A DNA stretch of 53,390 nt, filler included, from Jimgerdemannia flammicorona (taxonomy: Eukaryota), in NCBI GenBank assembly GCA_003990765.1. It is 3 parts of 3 records of this genome, joined end to end, with 100 filler letters (N's around TTAATTAATTAA, not from the genome) between each part and the next. Parts side by side here need not be neighbours in the genome. Positions count along the whole stretch, not along the records: positions 17,834 to 35,563 come from RBNJ01002435.1; positions 35,664 to 53,390 come from RBNJ01002436.1; 1 more part is not named here. One strand, given 5' to 3'. A model generated the notes under the pieces. That model was not told the DNA's origin. It saw only the letters and a program-made list of their open reading frames with translations, and searched no databases. This document shows positions 23,791 through 36,028 of this stretch, in pieces (within the stretch, counting starts at the first letter, position 1; each line of letters opens with the position of its first letter). The position numbers and the translations under genes were made by a program.

Positions 23791-25551
23791 AAAAAACGTG
23801 AAGGAAGTGAGGAAGGATAAGGAGAGAGTGACGGGAGAAGAATATATAGGATGATAGAATAGATGTATTCTAAGTGTGTATTGTAAACAACCTCATGCTA
23901 GCTGCCATGGTTGTAGATCCTCAATGTTTAGCTAGTGAAGGATGTGTTTAAAAATATTAATATAACACAAAAGAGCAGCGATAGTCCCAAATGTTTGGAT
24001 GTTTGGCGTGCAGATCGGAAATTATGCCACGTGGCGCTCGGCCCAAAAACACGGTAGTTGGCCCACGTGCAATTAACCTCCCGCCAGCGGAGTATGACGC
24101 CATCACAATAATCCTTTAAATAATATAGAAGCAATTGCTTAAGAAAATATTTTTCGAATAAATGTTATATAACTAAAATTTATTATTTATTATTATTATT
24201 CAGACATCAAACGAGAACCAGTCAATGCACGTGAAATTCCCGGGAATCACGTGACTTGGAGGAATGACAAAGGGGAGGAACTCCACAGCTATAAGCGGAC
24301 AGCTTCTTTAAACCATACATTGGGACCTATGTCGAGTGTGCGGTGTATCAAGCGTCGGGCTTCATAGGCTTGTATGGTATTCGTTATGTGCAGGACTGCA
24401 CCTGATTTTTTTTTTTATAGGATCTATTTATGTTGGATGTCTTGTGCAGTATTTGTATCATATCGAGCTGCCATTGGAGAATCAGAGATGGCTTGGGAAT
24501 CTTACGAAATGCCAATGGACCTGGACCTCCATTTCGCCGAGCTCCAGATCACTTGCATAATCATCCACGCCAGAAGAGTTCACTGATCGGCTTTGGTGAC
24601 ATCATTCTTTGCTGCATGATTTTGTTGCTGGACGGCAACCGTCTGGGGGAACTTGACTTGATGCGGCGATGGCATGGGATCACCAAAACAGAAACCTTAT
24701 CGTGCATTTTCCATGGCGATGACATAAGGCCTCAGAGAGGTGGCTAAGGTTTCCCCTCATTGAGAAGTTTCAGTTTTTCCTGCTCGATTTCGATTTGGAG
24801 AAATACCTCCTATCCTGTCATCGAGTGCACCGCGCGGGGCCTATCTCAAAACAGATTGATCCCGAACCCCGTTTAAATTTGCGACAACAAATATAAAGCA
24901 TATTACGCATATTTACCCACCCCTACCTCTACAATTGACGGGCAACCGTGGGTACATCGCTCTCCCCTTTCCTGCCCCCCCCCCCACCGAAAATGGCGCG
25001 GGGCAATGGATACGGGGAATAACTTTATTTGAGCCTTAACCTTCTGCGTGATGGGGGCTGCAGAAACCCAATAGGGTAAAAACGGCAAAACCCTGTTCCG
25101 CTCTACGGCATTCGTTTCTTAGTGAGTTGAAATTCAACGGACTGAGATTGTAACGCCAGGGTTCGATGTGAAACGCTGTTTCAGATTTGTGAGGTGTCAC
25201 ATGGATTCTCCCGCAGTAGAAGGCTGACAACTATTTTCACGTAGTCAACCCATATCTGCATTTTTAAAGCTGCGGCGGCAAGGACTCTAGTTCCTATATT
25301 ACTGTATTCCTGAATTGATTGGACATACAGTGCAAACTGAAAATTGTTGTCACTCAGTGACCGCTACTTCACAATATTAGTTTTGCATCGGGCCCAGTAA
25401 AAGGGGAATAACTACTAAAGGAGATCTTGTGATTTAGTTTCATCATCCAAAACCATCTGTATTACAGCAGGATACTATTTGAAGCCATCGTTTGACAAGT
25501 AAAAAAAAAAAAAAAAAAAATAACACAGCAAACTATTTTTATAATTGTCTA
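22600..25551 (+). repeat. Diverged direct duplication, unit 1
   Basis: 22600-23390 matches 26190-26950, and 23881-25551 matches 28189-30040 (e.g. TTGTAAACAACCTCATGCTAGCTGCC; poly(A) followed by CAGCAAACTATTTTTATAATTGTC). Confidence 0.88.
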
Positions 25552-25999
25552 CTGGTGGAGAATTCCACTGGCTCCAATATATTATTTCGGGTGAGAAATC
25601 TTCTGCAGGACTCGGCCACTGTAAGAGCTATCCTCCCCCGAGCTTCATCAATGTGCTCTATCAATGTGCTCCATCCCTCTTTCTCCCTCTCCTTTTCCTA
25701 TTGCAAACGACCTGCCTCACCTCTTCGGGCTTTGGTTTGTGTGATTGGCTTATAAAATCTACCAAAAATGTCCTGTAAAAACATCCTTTGCTCTCATACC
25801 TCCACAAACTCTTTCTCAAATACGTAAAATGCTCAATTTTTTCTCAGGAAAGGATATGAAGCTACTCGCGATGGCATTGCTCTCACCTGGTCCATCGCGA
25901 CAAATCTGGTGTCATCGATGGGCATGACTCCTGGTAAGTGTTGCCCGAATCCGACTGGTACAACTAGTACAAGAACGCTGCTGCCAAAACATCAGATGG

Positions 26000-26090
26000 T
26001 GGTGAGGAAATCCAGAGGAGAAGGGTGTGCAGATCGCTGACAACTACTGAGCATGCGAAAAGATTAGATTGGGCCGCTCAACACTGTATG
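26000..26090 (+). mobile_element. Possible Tc1/mariner transposase remnant
   Basis: RRRVCRSLTTTEHAKRLDWAAQH resembles the Tc1 KKPxLTxxHxxxRLxWAxxH linker. Very short. Confidence 0.3.
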
Positions 26091-27087
26091 CTGGAGACAG
26101 GTGGCTTGGGCCTGATGAGACATGTGAGGATCGCCTCGCGGGTCTCCGCAGGACATCGTGGACATACATCACATATGTCATGTCCAAGGCTGCCGGCTAC
26201 CAGCTTATCAGCAACCATAACGCCAGGGCCTTGATCCTCCGCTTTTTTAAGCTCTTTTTAGCCTTCTTGTAGGCTGTGCCTGAGGCGCAGAGGGATGCGG
26301 GAAAGATGTAAGTGTTGGTGTTATTTTTTTATTTTTTTTTGGGGGGGGAGAGGCTATTGGGTGTGAGACGTGTTTAGGGATTGAGCTGTCAAAAGGCACT
26401 TGGCGGTGACAGAGTTATTGGGGATTGGTATGTTGGGTTTTTTTCGGGTTTAACATGCTTTATTCATCTTTTCATTGTAGATTAAAGCATCTCGAGGGTG
26501 CTATCCAGTATTTAGAGGGGTCAGAGGATTATTTGTACCTACAAACTTGAATGATCGTTACAATTCGGTAAGAATATCTTTGTCATCATGGGCATCCAAA
26601 TAGAATATTTCTTTCTTTGACACGTTTATATCCATAATCACACCATTCATTTACAATTATTTTATATGATTTCTCCTCCATCTCTCGGTGCGCTGCAAAT
26701 CGACCGCCGCTGTTAGTTTTGACGACGATGAAGACGATGGTGAACCTGGCGCGGCGACCAACTTGCCCAAGTGTAAATCCATGGCCACTAGGAACTGGGG
26801 ATCCACACAGTGCCTGGACGACAGCCGTCCTCGGATGATGAGTAACAGCTTGTCGATAACTGCTTACACCCGGCGCGGATGACCAGTTTGGATTGCCTGG
26901 TAAGTGGAGGAAGCAGATGCATCCTGCAGATCCAGGCATGAGGAAGGGTGGGACTGAAAATAATGTTAGCAGCGGGTTTTAACAAGGATGACAGAATAGA
27001 CGTATTAGGGTTATAAGTAATTAATGAAAATGAAGCACATTGTTTTCAAACGTTGCCCTTATTCAACTTCACACCGCAACCGCAATC

Positions 27088-27557
27088 CACCCTGATCATT
27101 GTCGAGGGCAAGCCGCCGGACAAGGAGCAGCCACCCTCGCTCGAATGGCAGTTCAAGGTCGGATGTTTGACCCGTTATGGTGTGGCGCAGGGATCGGTAT
27201 GAGGAGCACCCTTAGGGGCCAAGGCATGAGCCAGTAAGTAATCGAAGTAGAATCGTGCATAGGATGTTGAAATAGATTTTAGAGGAGCGTATTGGGCAGA
27301 AAGATTTATTTCGATTTGTTTTTCTGCACATCTAGTTGGTCTATCTAAACAAGAAAACGAAAACCTTCACATCTTCATCCTCGACCGTTTTGCCGGCTTC
27401 GTCTTGGATCAAGTGATCTGACCCATCCACGAGACGTGCTCTCAGACCTTGATCCAGTACATGATGTCGATCTGCCTGCACGACCACGGTGATGACGTCT
27501 GCGCTCGCAGCCACTATGCTGTCTATCACAACTGACTTCATGTAGCTAAACCCCACC
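27088..27557 (+). pseudogene. MOT1: MOT1/BTAF1 N-terminal HEAT-region fragment, degenerate and internally deleted
   Basis: Ordered peptides IIVEGK...EWQF, MFDPLW.GAGIGMRSTLRGQG, IFILDRFAGFVLDQVI*PIHETCSQTL and LHDHGDDVCA/AATMLSITTDF. They match Mot1 motifs EWPF, LFDPxWExRHGA, [24 protein letters not shown] and DDDVRAVAA. Intron-like GTAAG...TAG at ~27234-27335. Confidence 0.75.
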
Positions 27558-27599
27558 AAGCGCGAACGATCTCAAGTTGGCGATCTAGTGCACGAGTTG

Positions 27600-27601
27600 G
27601 T

Positions 27602-27643
<42 letters not shown>
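27600..27643. repeat. (GT)n microsatellite
   Basis: Direct inspection. Confidence 0.95.
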
Positions 27644-27645
<2 letters not shown>

Positions 27646-29968
27646 TTAACATATTGTATGCCATCGCCAAAGTTCACTGAGTTTTCCCAGGTGAACTGGC
27701 CGGAAAGCAAAGCAATTGGATTAAATAGAATATTTCCTGACGAGATATTCCGGTATTCGAACAACTTTCAATTATATCTGATATTGATAAAAATTGGGCG
27801 CATTGTGTAGTTGGAGGAAAATAAGCCTCAAAATTATTTATTTAATCGTTTTGCTGCAAAATGCCGTTTTGCATAATGTTCGAATCGTATGTCGTAAAAT
27901 AAAAGCAAGGTCCGCCATTCGCACTTGTATATACGTGAAAGGACCATTTATTTCACCCCGAGACCAGTCGGAGGGATGCGCAAACAAATTGTTGATAATT
28001 GCTAAGTCGCTGGTTGAACGAACGACTGAGGCTGGTGTAAATCTGAATCGGAACTAAATGTTGAGCGGCTTTGGCCACTTTGCCAAAGTTTGAATGATAT
28101 TGATAGCTATATGTTTAACAGGTGTTTTTCCACCCAAAACCAGCATCCCCACCAAAAACAAGTGTTTTGTCGAAAGTCTGAGTGTTTGTTGTAAACAACC
28201 TCATGCTAGCTGCCGCAGTTATAGATCCACAATGTTGAGCTAGTCAAGGATGTACTTAAACCAATTGATAACACAGAAGAACAGCGATAGTCACAAACGC
28301 TCGGTGTGCAATAACCAAGGGACTGGTCGGAAATTAACACCACGTGGCACTCGAGGGTCCCAGGAACTGGGTAAGTTGACAGGTTGTCCCACGAACGCAA
28401 CTGATAATCTTTGAATAATGTAGAAGCAATTGATTAAGAAAATATTTTCAAATAAATACTATACGTATAACTAAAATCTATCTGTTATTTATTATTTATT
28501 ATTATACCGACATCAAAACGAGAGCCGTCTAATGCATGGTGGATTCTCTAGGAATCATGTGACTTGGTGCAGGGATAATGGAATGTTGAAGAGGAGGAAC
28601 TCCACAGGTCCAATCATTCACATCTGATATTAAATGGCCCTATCGCATACAACATTTGAGTTTATAGTAAAATTTTGATATAATCATGTCATTAGGACCA
28701 GCATTCAAGTGTATCAAGGGTGCTATAAGCAGGCAGCTTCCATAAACCATATAATGGGACCCATGTCTAGGTATGATATATCAAGTGTCGGCCTTCATTT
28801 GCTTTAGGTTTGTGTGGGAATCGTTTGTGTGTGGACTTTGTGAAATTCAATGCTTCGGGCCCTTGCGCCTGACATTGTTTGTTTGTATGGGCTTATTTAT
28901 GTTTATCATGATGGGCGGCATTATAGATATCTGGGGCCCGATTCGAACCTTATGAGGTTCTACTTGATTCAAAAAATCAGTTTCTGTCATGTATTACCGA
29001 AATGGCGATGGCCCTTGACCTCCATTTCGCCGGTCTCCAGGTCGTTATGTTGCTGTCCAAGCTCGGCACCAGAGGGCTTGCCGTCAGCTTTGGCGACATC
29101 ATTCATTGCTGCATGACCTTGTTGCTGGACGGTAACGTCTGGTCAACGGACTCCTCAAACATGTTATTTTGGTTCCGGAAGTACCGAGGGCAGTGCAACT
29201 AAGGTCAGAAATGAGGTCCAGACCCATCAGTGTTTGAGGGGGTGAGGTTTCGGTGGGCACTCAACGGCCCCTAGGGGTAGTTTAACACTCCTCCACTTTC
29301 CACGATCCTATTTGGGATGCCATGGGAAGTCTCGAGATCGGCCTCCTGTCATTGAGAAGGTTTCAGGTTTTTCCTGCTAGATTTCGATTGGAGTAGGCAT
29401 CGCCTCAACTATCCTGGCCTGTCTTAAAACAGTTTGATCCGCGAAAAGTGGCACAGGGAAACGGATACAGGAAACACCGTTATTTGAGCCTTCAGACAAA
29501 GGCAGCGGAAACCCAACAGGGTAAAAAAGCAAAAACCTTCTCTGTTGGGCTACGATGACTTCTACGGCATGGCATTCATATCGTAGCGAGCTGAAATTCA
29601 ATGGACCGAGATTGTAGCGTCGGATGTCTTGGGGTTCGATGTGAAACTTATATAAGACTGTGGCAGATCCTTGATTTTCAAATAAATTGTGTCCGAAACG
29701 TCATTTGTGTACTCCCACAGAGGAGACTGACAACTATTTTCGCGCAGTTGACCTCCTTATACGAGATCATCTTCCATTCCTGAATTGATTGAACATAATT
29801 ACAGTACAAACCCGTCAGTCGCTGGCCCAAGAAATCCGTGACGCTTCATTGGTAAACCAGTAAACAAAAGAAGAATAACCACCAAGGGAAATGTTGTGAT
29901 TTAGTTTTAAAACTGGATGTCGTTATCTTGGCTCCATAATACTATTTGAAGCTGTCGTTTATCAAGTC

Positions 29969-30008
<40 letters not shown>

Positions 30009-30744
30009 ACCGCAGCAAACTATTTTTATAATTGTCGACCGGTCTGTGTGTGGATAAAGGGGCACTGTGCAGCCTAAAATTGTTGGATCTTGGATGACGC
30101 ACTTGCTAAAGAATTTCCTGAAAAATTACCTATCGTGCACCGGATAAAGGGTGCACGCCGCTTATTCGAGATTTCCAGACTGAGCACTATTTATACAGCA
30201 TTTTTATTCTGGATTCCTCCACGTAAGATCATGCATGACCTGTACTTTCATTCCCACCTAACCCCCCCTTAATTCTGCCTCTTATGTACTCCTTTCCGAT
30301 GTCTCGGCCTTCGTTTCTCGTTCGTTTGTTCTACCTGGCCAAATTCGGGACGCGTCAAATTCAAGCACCGTCATCTGCATTTTCCATACCGCAATATGAT
30401 TCTAGTGATATGCTGACAGTTGGAAATTGTGTTCAATTGGATCATGACCATGGTAACATCATTCAGGCCAAGGTGTTGTTTGCACGAAAATGAGTTACAT
30501 CGCGAACAATTGGTGTGAACGGAAACAGCTATGCGACAATAATGGAGCCAAAACACAATTTACGAGAGAGAGTGTGTTTGTCATTTTATTTTTCGCCATA
30601 TCAAACATGGAAGAATTAAAAATCCTACAACTGGTAGATTAGAATACAAAATAGGGCGCCCTAGGTATCCTTTCATTCTCATCTACTTAAAACCTCTGAG
30701 CGAACTTGTACCCAACTTCGTTTTCACTTTGGCATGGAAACACA

Positions 30745-31260
30745 GTTGACCTGAATGAGGATACGGATGTCGTCACTGCGTGAGGCACGGATCTTCAATA
30801 AATTGGTATTCTGCCTGAAAATACTGCAAGACCATTTTGTCGTTCTTGATATTGAAGGTCACCGACGATTTGTTGGCGAGAGAGGTTGACGTCACGGTGA
30901 CTTTGACGTAGTGCTGGAAGAAGCTGTGGTTGGCGAGGTTAGTGAAGTCGAACTTCTCAGTGTCGGTCACATTTGTACTCTCAAGGGCGCGCTTGGAAAC
31001 GTTGGGTTGATGCCCACATATGGTTGGACATCTTCGCTTGTTCGTAGCAAATTCTTTTTATCCCCCCGAAATTCATATATAACTTACGTTGAAGGCAGTA
31101 TTAATGGTGACCAGCAAAGCCATGCCAGCTAAAATGCTGTGGCATCCGCGTTCCTGTCGGTATTGATGCCGAAGATTGTGGCCCGGGACGCCCATATGGA
31201 GGGAGTAGTACGAGTGGAGATGTCGGAGCTCAGGACCATGGAGGCAAGTCCAGGGAGGTG
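30745..31260 (-). pseudogene. Coding-like two-exon remnant of unknown family
   Basis: GTAAGT donor at ~31088; exon-like text TEKFDFTNLANHSFFQHYVKVTVTSTSL...; disrupted frames. Confidence 0.25.
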
Positions 31261-34200
31261 GTGACAAGTCTAAGAGTTCCGCAGGGAAGGAAGGAGCCCA
31301 TGAAAAACGACTGTTCCAGAAATATCCCTACAATGATATGGGTTCAGCGGAAAATTAACATTGATCCCCAGACTATGCGCGGATTAATGGGAGATCCTAG
31401 TAGGAAAATTGGTGTAAATAAGAACATTTGAATAGGTGGAATGAATCAGTTCTGAAATCTCAAATAAGTAGCATGCAATAGCAGGATCGGATATCCAACA
31501 TGTATTTCATCCATGCCCCGCAAAAACGTTTTTTTGTCCACCCCGCGAGTTTCTAGTTTCCTGTGGTATAGATCGCTCTATTGCTTCGTCCCACTCGGGC
31601 CTCACCTTGTTTGCCCCGCCCTCTTTCGCCCCTCTCATTCCGCACAAGTCAGTTCTTTACATACATTGGAATGGTCGGGTATTCCAAATACGTGAATACC
31701 CAAGTTACATGCAATCGCTCATGGCGCACATACCAAAGAATGGATGAGTGTATTTTATAGTGAATAGTGGGTGGTAGGAGCACGTAGAAAAAAAAGACTT
31801 CCACGGTCCGCTGATTTTATATAGTTGTCCCCTTCGTATTGCCCATCCCCGAACTTAGTCTCTCGGAGTTGCCCAGCCCTAAGCACAGACTTACATGGCG
31901 CACTTGCGTATCTCGTGGCATTAGTTGGGTCGGCGATGCACTCTCTCTTGAGTATTACGAAGCATCCGGGCGTGATAGGAATTAGGGCGGGAAGCAATTG
32001 GTGGAGGTTTTTGGCGCAAGGAATACTGTGATGGGCAAGGGAGATGATAAATGGGCGTACTGATGGGCGTAGAGCCTGATCCAAACATACATACACGAAA
32101 ATTCAATATGCAAAATGATCAGCAACGAAGAATCTCATAATATTTAATCGCTCTTTCCACCCGTTTTTTAAGCCAATCCAGGCTAAGGACCCATGTCTCT
32201 GCTTGCTTTACCTTCTATTGTGCGTGCTTTGGTCATGGTACAGTGCGGATCCGCTGGCATGTGAGCGTGTCCTCTGTGTGGGAGAGGTCATCAAGAAACA
32301 TGTAATTTGTGGCATGTACTTATTTTAATGGATAAGAGGAAAGGACTCAATCATTAAAAACGATGAACACCCTTTTCTCCTTTCCTCCATTAACACTCAC
32401 CCACTCATCATGTCTTGGTGCCCTTTCTTTGGAACAGGCGTGCGGGCATGTCGGTGGACAGCCATACTTGAAAACACTAATGTTGCACTGTTCGTGGGGG
32501 GGAGGGGGCCGGATCCAGAGGGCAGCAGATTCAACGTGAGAGGGGTCGTAATTTTGTGTTGGTGTGGTGGCTTGGTGGTCTTGTTGTTGTGTGGGCTTCT
32601 GAGAGCCAGTCAGGGTCGATGGTTCTGTGGAGTTGTAGGGGGATAGTGGTATTTTCAAAATACATGAGAGGCCCGCCCACCCACTCTTTTCGCTATTGTC
32701 TCTTTCGCACATGTTCCGTCAAAATGGGCTCCTACCAGAATGTGTGTGGGTGCACCTGAATGCCGCGGCATAGGCCTTAGTTCTGCATATTACTGAACTC
32801 CCGCTTTGATTGGATGCCTTAAAATAGTTGTAAGACATCTGTTAAGCTTCAATCACGTCTTGGTTTGGTTCATTGAATTCAGCTCGCCTAATACGAATGC
32901 CGCAGAAAACATTGTGGCCCAACACAACGGGGTACCCTATGTGGGATTCCGTAGCCTTCGTCATGCAAACGATAAAGCCTCCAATAGCGTTATTCCCTAT
33001 TGCCTTACAGCCATACCAATGCAAATTGTTTCATGTGCCCCTGTGCCACCTTGCGGGACTGCAACTGTCGATCAAGGCTCAACAGGGGACAGGAATTCAC
33101 AATTGCGATGTCCCCGTGGTTGCCCGTCCATTGTAAAGGAAAGGGGTGGTCAATTATGCGTAATATTGATTTAAGACTGGTGAAATGCAGAAGAGGCTCG
33201 GTGCACTTAAAGGACAGGATGGGGATGAAACTTTGTTTTACGGTCTTTCTGAGTAATGATCCTCGAGCAGATCAACACAATGACGCGATGTTTTCAGAGA
33301 TAGGCACCTTAGCATCCCAAGAATAAGCATCATGTTGGGGTTCCCCTTGAACGAGCTCACATAATCACCCACAAGAAAATCAGATCAATCCCGCCAGCAA
33401 CAAATTCCATCACGGCTGAGTGTGACTGGGTTGGTATATAAGGAAGGTCCATCCCATTAATCCCAAATAGGAGGTTCAGTGTCAATTCACAAAAATAAAT
33501 AAGCATATTCTGGGTGCTGACAAGGCAGCACATTCAGGGTAGATGCGCCGATGGCACGGGATCGCTACCGTACCACAACGCGCCATTCATTTACTCAATA
33601 AGAAGAGGTTATCTTTTTCCCCTCCCAGAAGGTGAGATCACGTGACTTTGAAGAAATGTTCGGAAACGCCTACTCGGTTAGTTTTTTCGATGTGTGTTGA
33701 CTTAAAAATAGCAAAAAACATCACCAATAATTTAATATCGGCTCGATACGTGACATGTGGTTTTGTGTAATTGTTGTAGGCTATGTTTGGTTCGTTAAAA
33801 ACGGATTAATATATCGGGGAGAGATTTGTATGAGAGGTATAGACACCCACAAGCATTTGCAGATAACCGCAGAACCTTAGCTTTATTGTTAACCTGTATT
33901 CACAAACCTTCATTTTCAATCTTTTTACATCGCTCGACGACAGGATAGGAATGAAAGATATTAAAGCGATGCCTAACAGCCTTGGCACCGAGAGTTTCTC
34001 CAATCAAAATCGCATGAATCAATGATGTGATATTTCCAGAACAGTTGTTTTTGTTAAACAATTTCCAAATATGACGAAGGCCGCATAATCGAAACTCTGT
34101 ACAATCCTAAACAAATGTCAGCCACAAAGTCGCAGTAAAGAGGGGACTCTTTAGCCACTTTTAAGGGAGACTTTCCATATTCTTATACTACAATAATATT

Positions 34201-34403
34201 GCATCACAAATTGTTGAACGCGATAATGTTCCTGAATGGTTTGATTTTGGCAGGTGACCTCGGATGGGAGGGTGTCCATTGGAGCTATAAATTTCCGCTG
34301 TGGTAGAATTGCCATTTGAAAGATCAAGTTCCTCTTTTCTCCCGCTCCACCCATACCCTACGAATTTCTCAGTGGCGAACTTCGCGACGAAGTCCAAAAA
34401 GCT

Positions 34404-35123
34404 ATGACAACTGCTAGCAGCCCCCAGCGTATCCTTCCAAATACGTTACTCAAAATTCAGTCACCCCACACGAAACACAACCTCACGTGGCAAAATTATT
34501 ATTATACACAGAAGGCGGGCTACTTAGGCATGGTTGTCTGCACATCGCCTTCCCAATTGGATACTTCGATTGATAACAGCTCCTGGAACTTCGTCCCAAG
34601 CTCCACGTCCTTCACCTCCATCGACTCCCAAGTGGACTCTCCGGATCTTTACCTACGGTATAACGACGTCATCTACATCCAACCAGTCAACTGTCAACTA
34701 GGGGATCCCAGAACCTCATCCGCTTTGCCACTGCATAACCCGCAGTACCTGCATGGCTCAATGAATTATGGAAGCCCTGTCACAAAGACGGCGCCAGAGT
34801 GCTCGCTTAGACATTTCGAGGATGGGAAGGCAAACGCGACCGATCGGTGGGTCATTGAGCGTATCGATGATGAATCGCGGTCTGATTATGTTCTCAAGAC
34901 TGATAGGTTCAGACTTAGGCAACAGGATAATGAAAACTATTATTTATGTTCCCATAATGTGACTATTGAAGGGATCAATGTCAAATTGAAACCTAAAGAT
35001 CCTGCCGTTAGACTCCTTGGAAGTCCAGAGGCTGCAGGTGTGCTCGCAGAGCAGTATTATGAAGTGTTGTTATTGACTAGAGAGGAGTGTATAGATCAGA
35101 AGGATGAGTGGAAATTCGTCTAG
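34404..35123 (+). CDS. MIR-motif beta-trefoil protein (SDF2/PMT MIR-like), 239 aa, no obvious signal peptide
   Basis: Intact ORF with three MIR-like repeats: LLKIQSPHTKHNL...NSSWNFV; LRYNDVIYI...YLHGSMNYGSPVT...ECS...DRWVIE; FRLRQQDNENYYLCSHN...YEV...DEWKFV. Confidence 0.72.
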   Translation: MTTASSPQRILPNTLLKIQSPHTKHNLTWQNYYYTQKAGYLGMVVCTSPSQLDTSIDNSSWNFVPSSTSFTSIDSQVDSPDLYLRYNDVIYIQPVNCQLGDPRTSSALPLHNPQYLHGSMNYGSPVTKTAPECSLRHFEDGKANATDRWVIERIDDESRSDYVLKTDRFRLRQQDNENYYLCSHNVTIEGINVKLKPKDPAVRLLGSPEAAGVLAEQYYEVLLLTREECIDQKDEWKFV

Positions 35124-35563
35124 ATAAAATAAATGAACGTGGATAGTTTGTATTTGTATTGTGACAAACCACAAAACGTAGCAATCTCGAAACCCAACCA
35201 GGTGACGTGAACATTAGCATAGCATAGTAACCAGCAACCATTACTGCGGAAAATGTATAAATAACCCAGATAGCAACCACAATGTATAAATTACCCCAGA
35301 GACAGGAGTGAATAAACCTCAGTCCGAAATTGAATCCAAAAAGCAAAAGACAAGTCTGCCTACTACACTTCGAGGGATACGCCTGCCAAAAGCCACTTGA
35401 TCCAGGAAGGATTGCAACACTTAGGAGAAACACCCGCTCTAAAGCCACTACTAGGAGATTGTGAGCATTGGTTCCCTTTTCCCACTCCGGTCCACTTTCC
35501 GATATAAAGAAGAGTCCGTTTTTGGTTCGCTTGCCAGATAAGCCTGAAGAAAAGTCCGCCGCT

Positions 35564-35663
35564 NNNNNNNNNNNNNNNNNNNNNNNNNNNNNNNNNNNNN
35601 NNNNNNNTTAATTAATTAANNNNNNNNNNNNNNNNNNNNNNNNNNNNNNNNNNNNNNNNNNNN
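35564..35663. other. Assembly spacer (44 N, TTAATTAATTAA, 44 N)
   Basis: Same linker as 17734-17833. Confidence 0.97.
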
Positions 35664-36028
35664 TATAATAAATATTAAGTCAAAAAAAAAAATTAAAATT
35701 TAAAATTTTTTTGTAGCTAAATTTGGCTATATCATATTACAGAATAAGGAATATATAATTCAGCTTATAATAGTTATGATGTTGCTCTTATTTATTTATT
35801 TTACCTAAAGTATCTGGTAAAGATTATTATACTTCTTTCTATAGGTCTCTAAAATATCTTTATAAATAGTATTGGTACTTAGCAGATATAAATCATACTT
35901 GAGGAGACCAAAGATGTTATACAATTAGTTACTTTTAATAGTTATGAATAGTTAGTCTATATATACAATCTAGTAAATAAGTTGATTTTGAAATTTTGCT
36001 AAAGAATATAGTTAAATATTTTTGATTA

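Larger units (their letters stand above)
26190..30040 (+). repeat. Diverged direct duplication, unit 2, with a different internal segment (~26950-28188)
   Basis: Same matches as for unit 1. Confidence 0.88.

Noticed and set aside
24228..24256. CACGTG E-boxes (also ~1850 and ~33640)
   Set aside because: Short motifs with no intact gene demonstrably linked; they could be chance or relic promoters.
31513..33326. Cluster of 60-122-aa ORFs
   Set aside because: No recognisable motifs or consistent exon structure.
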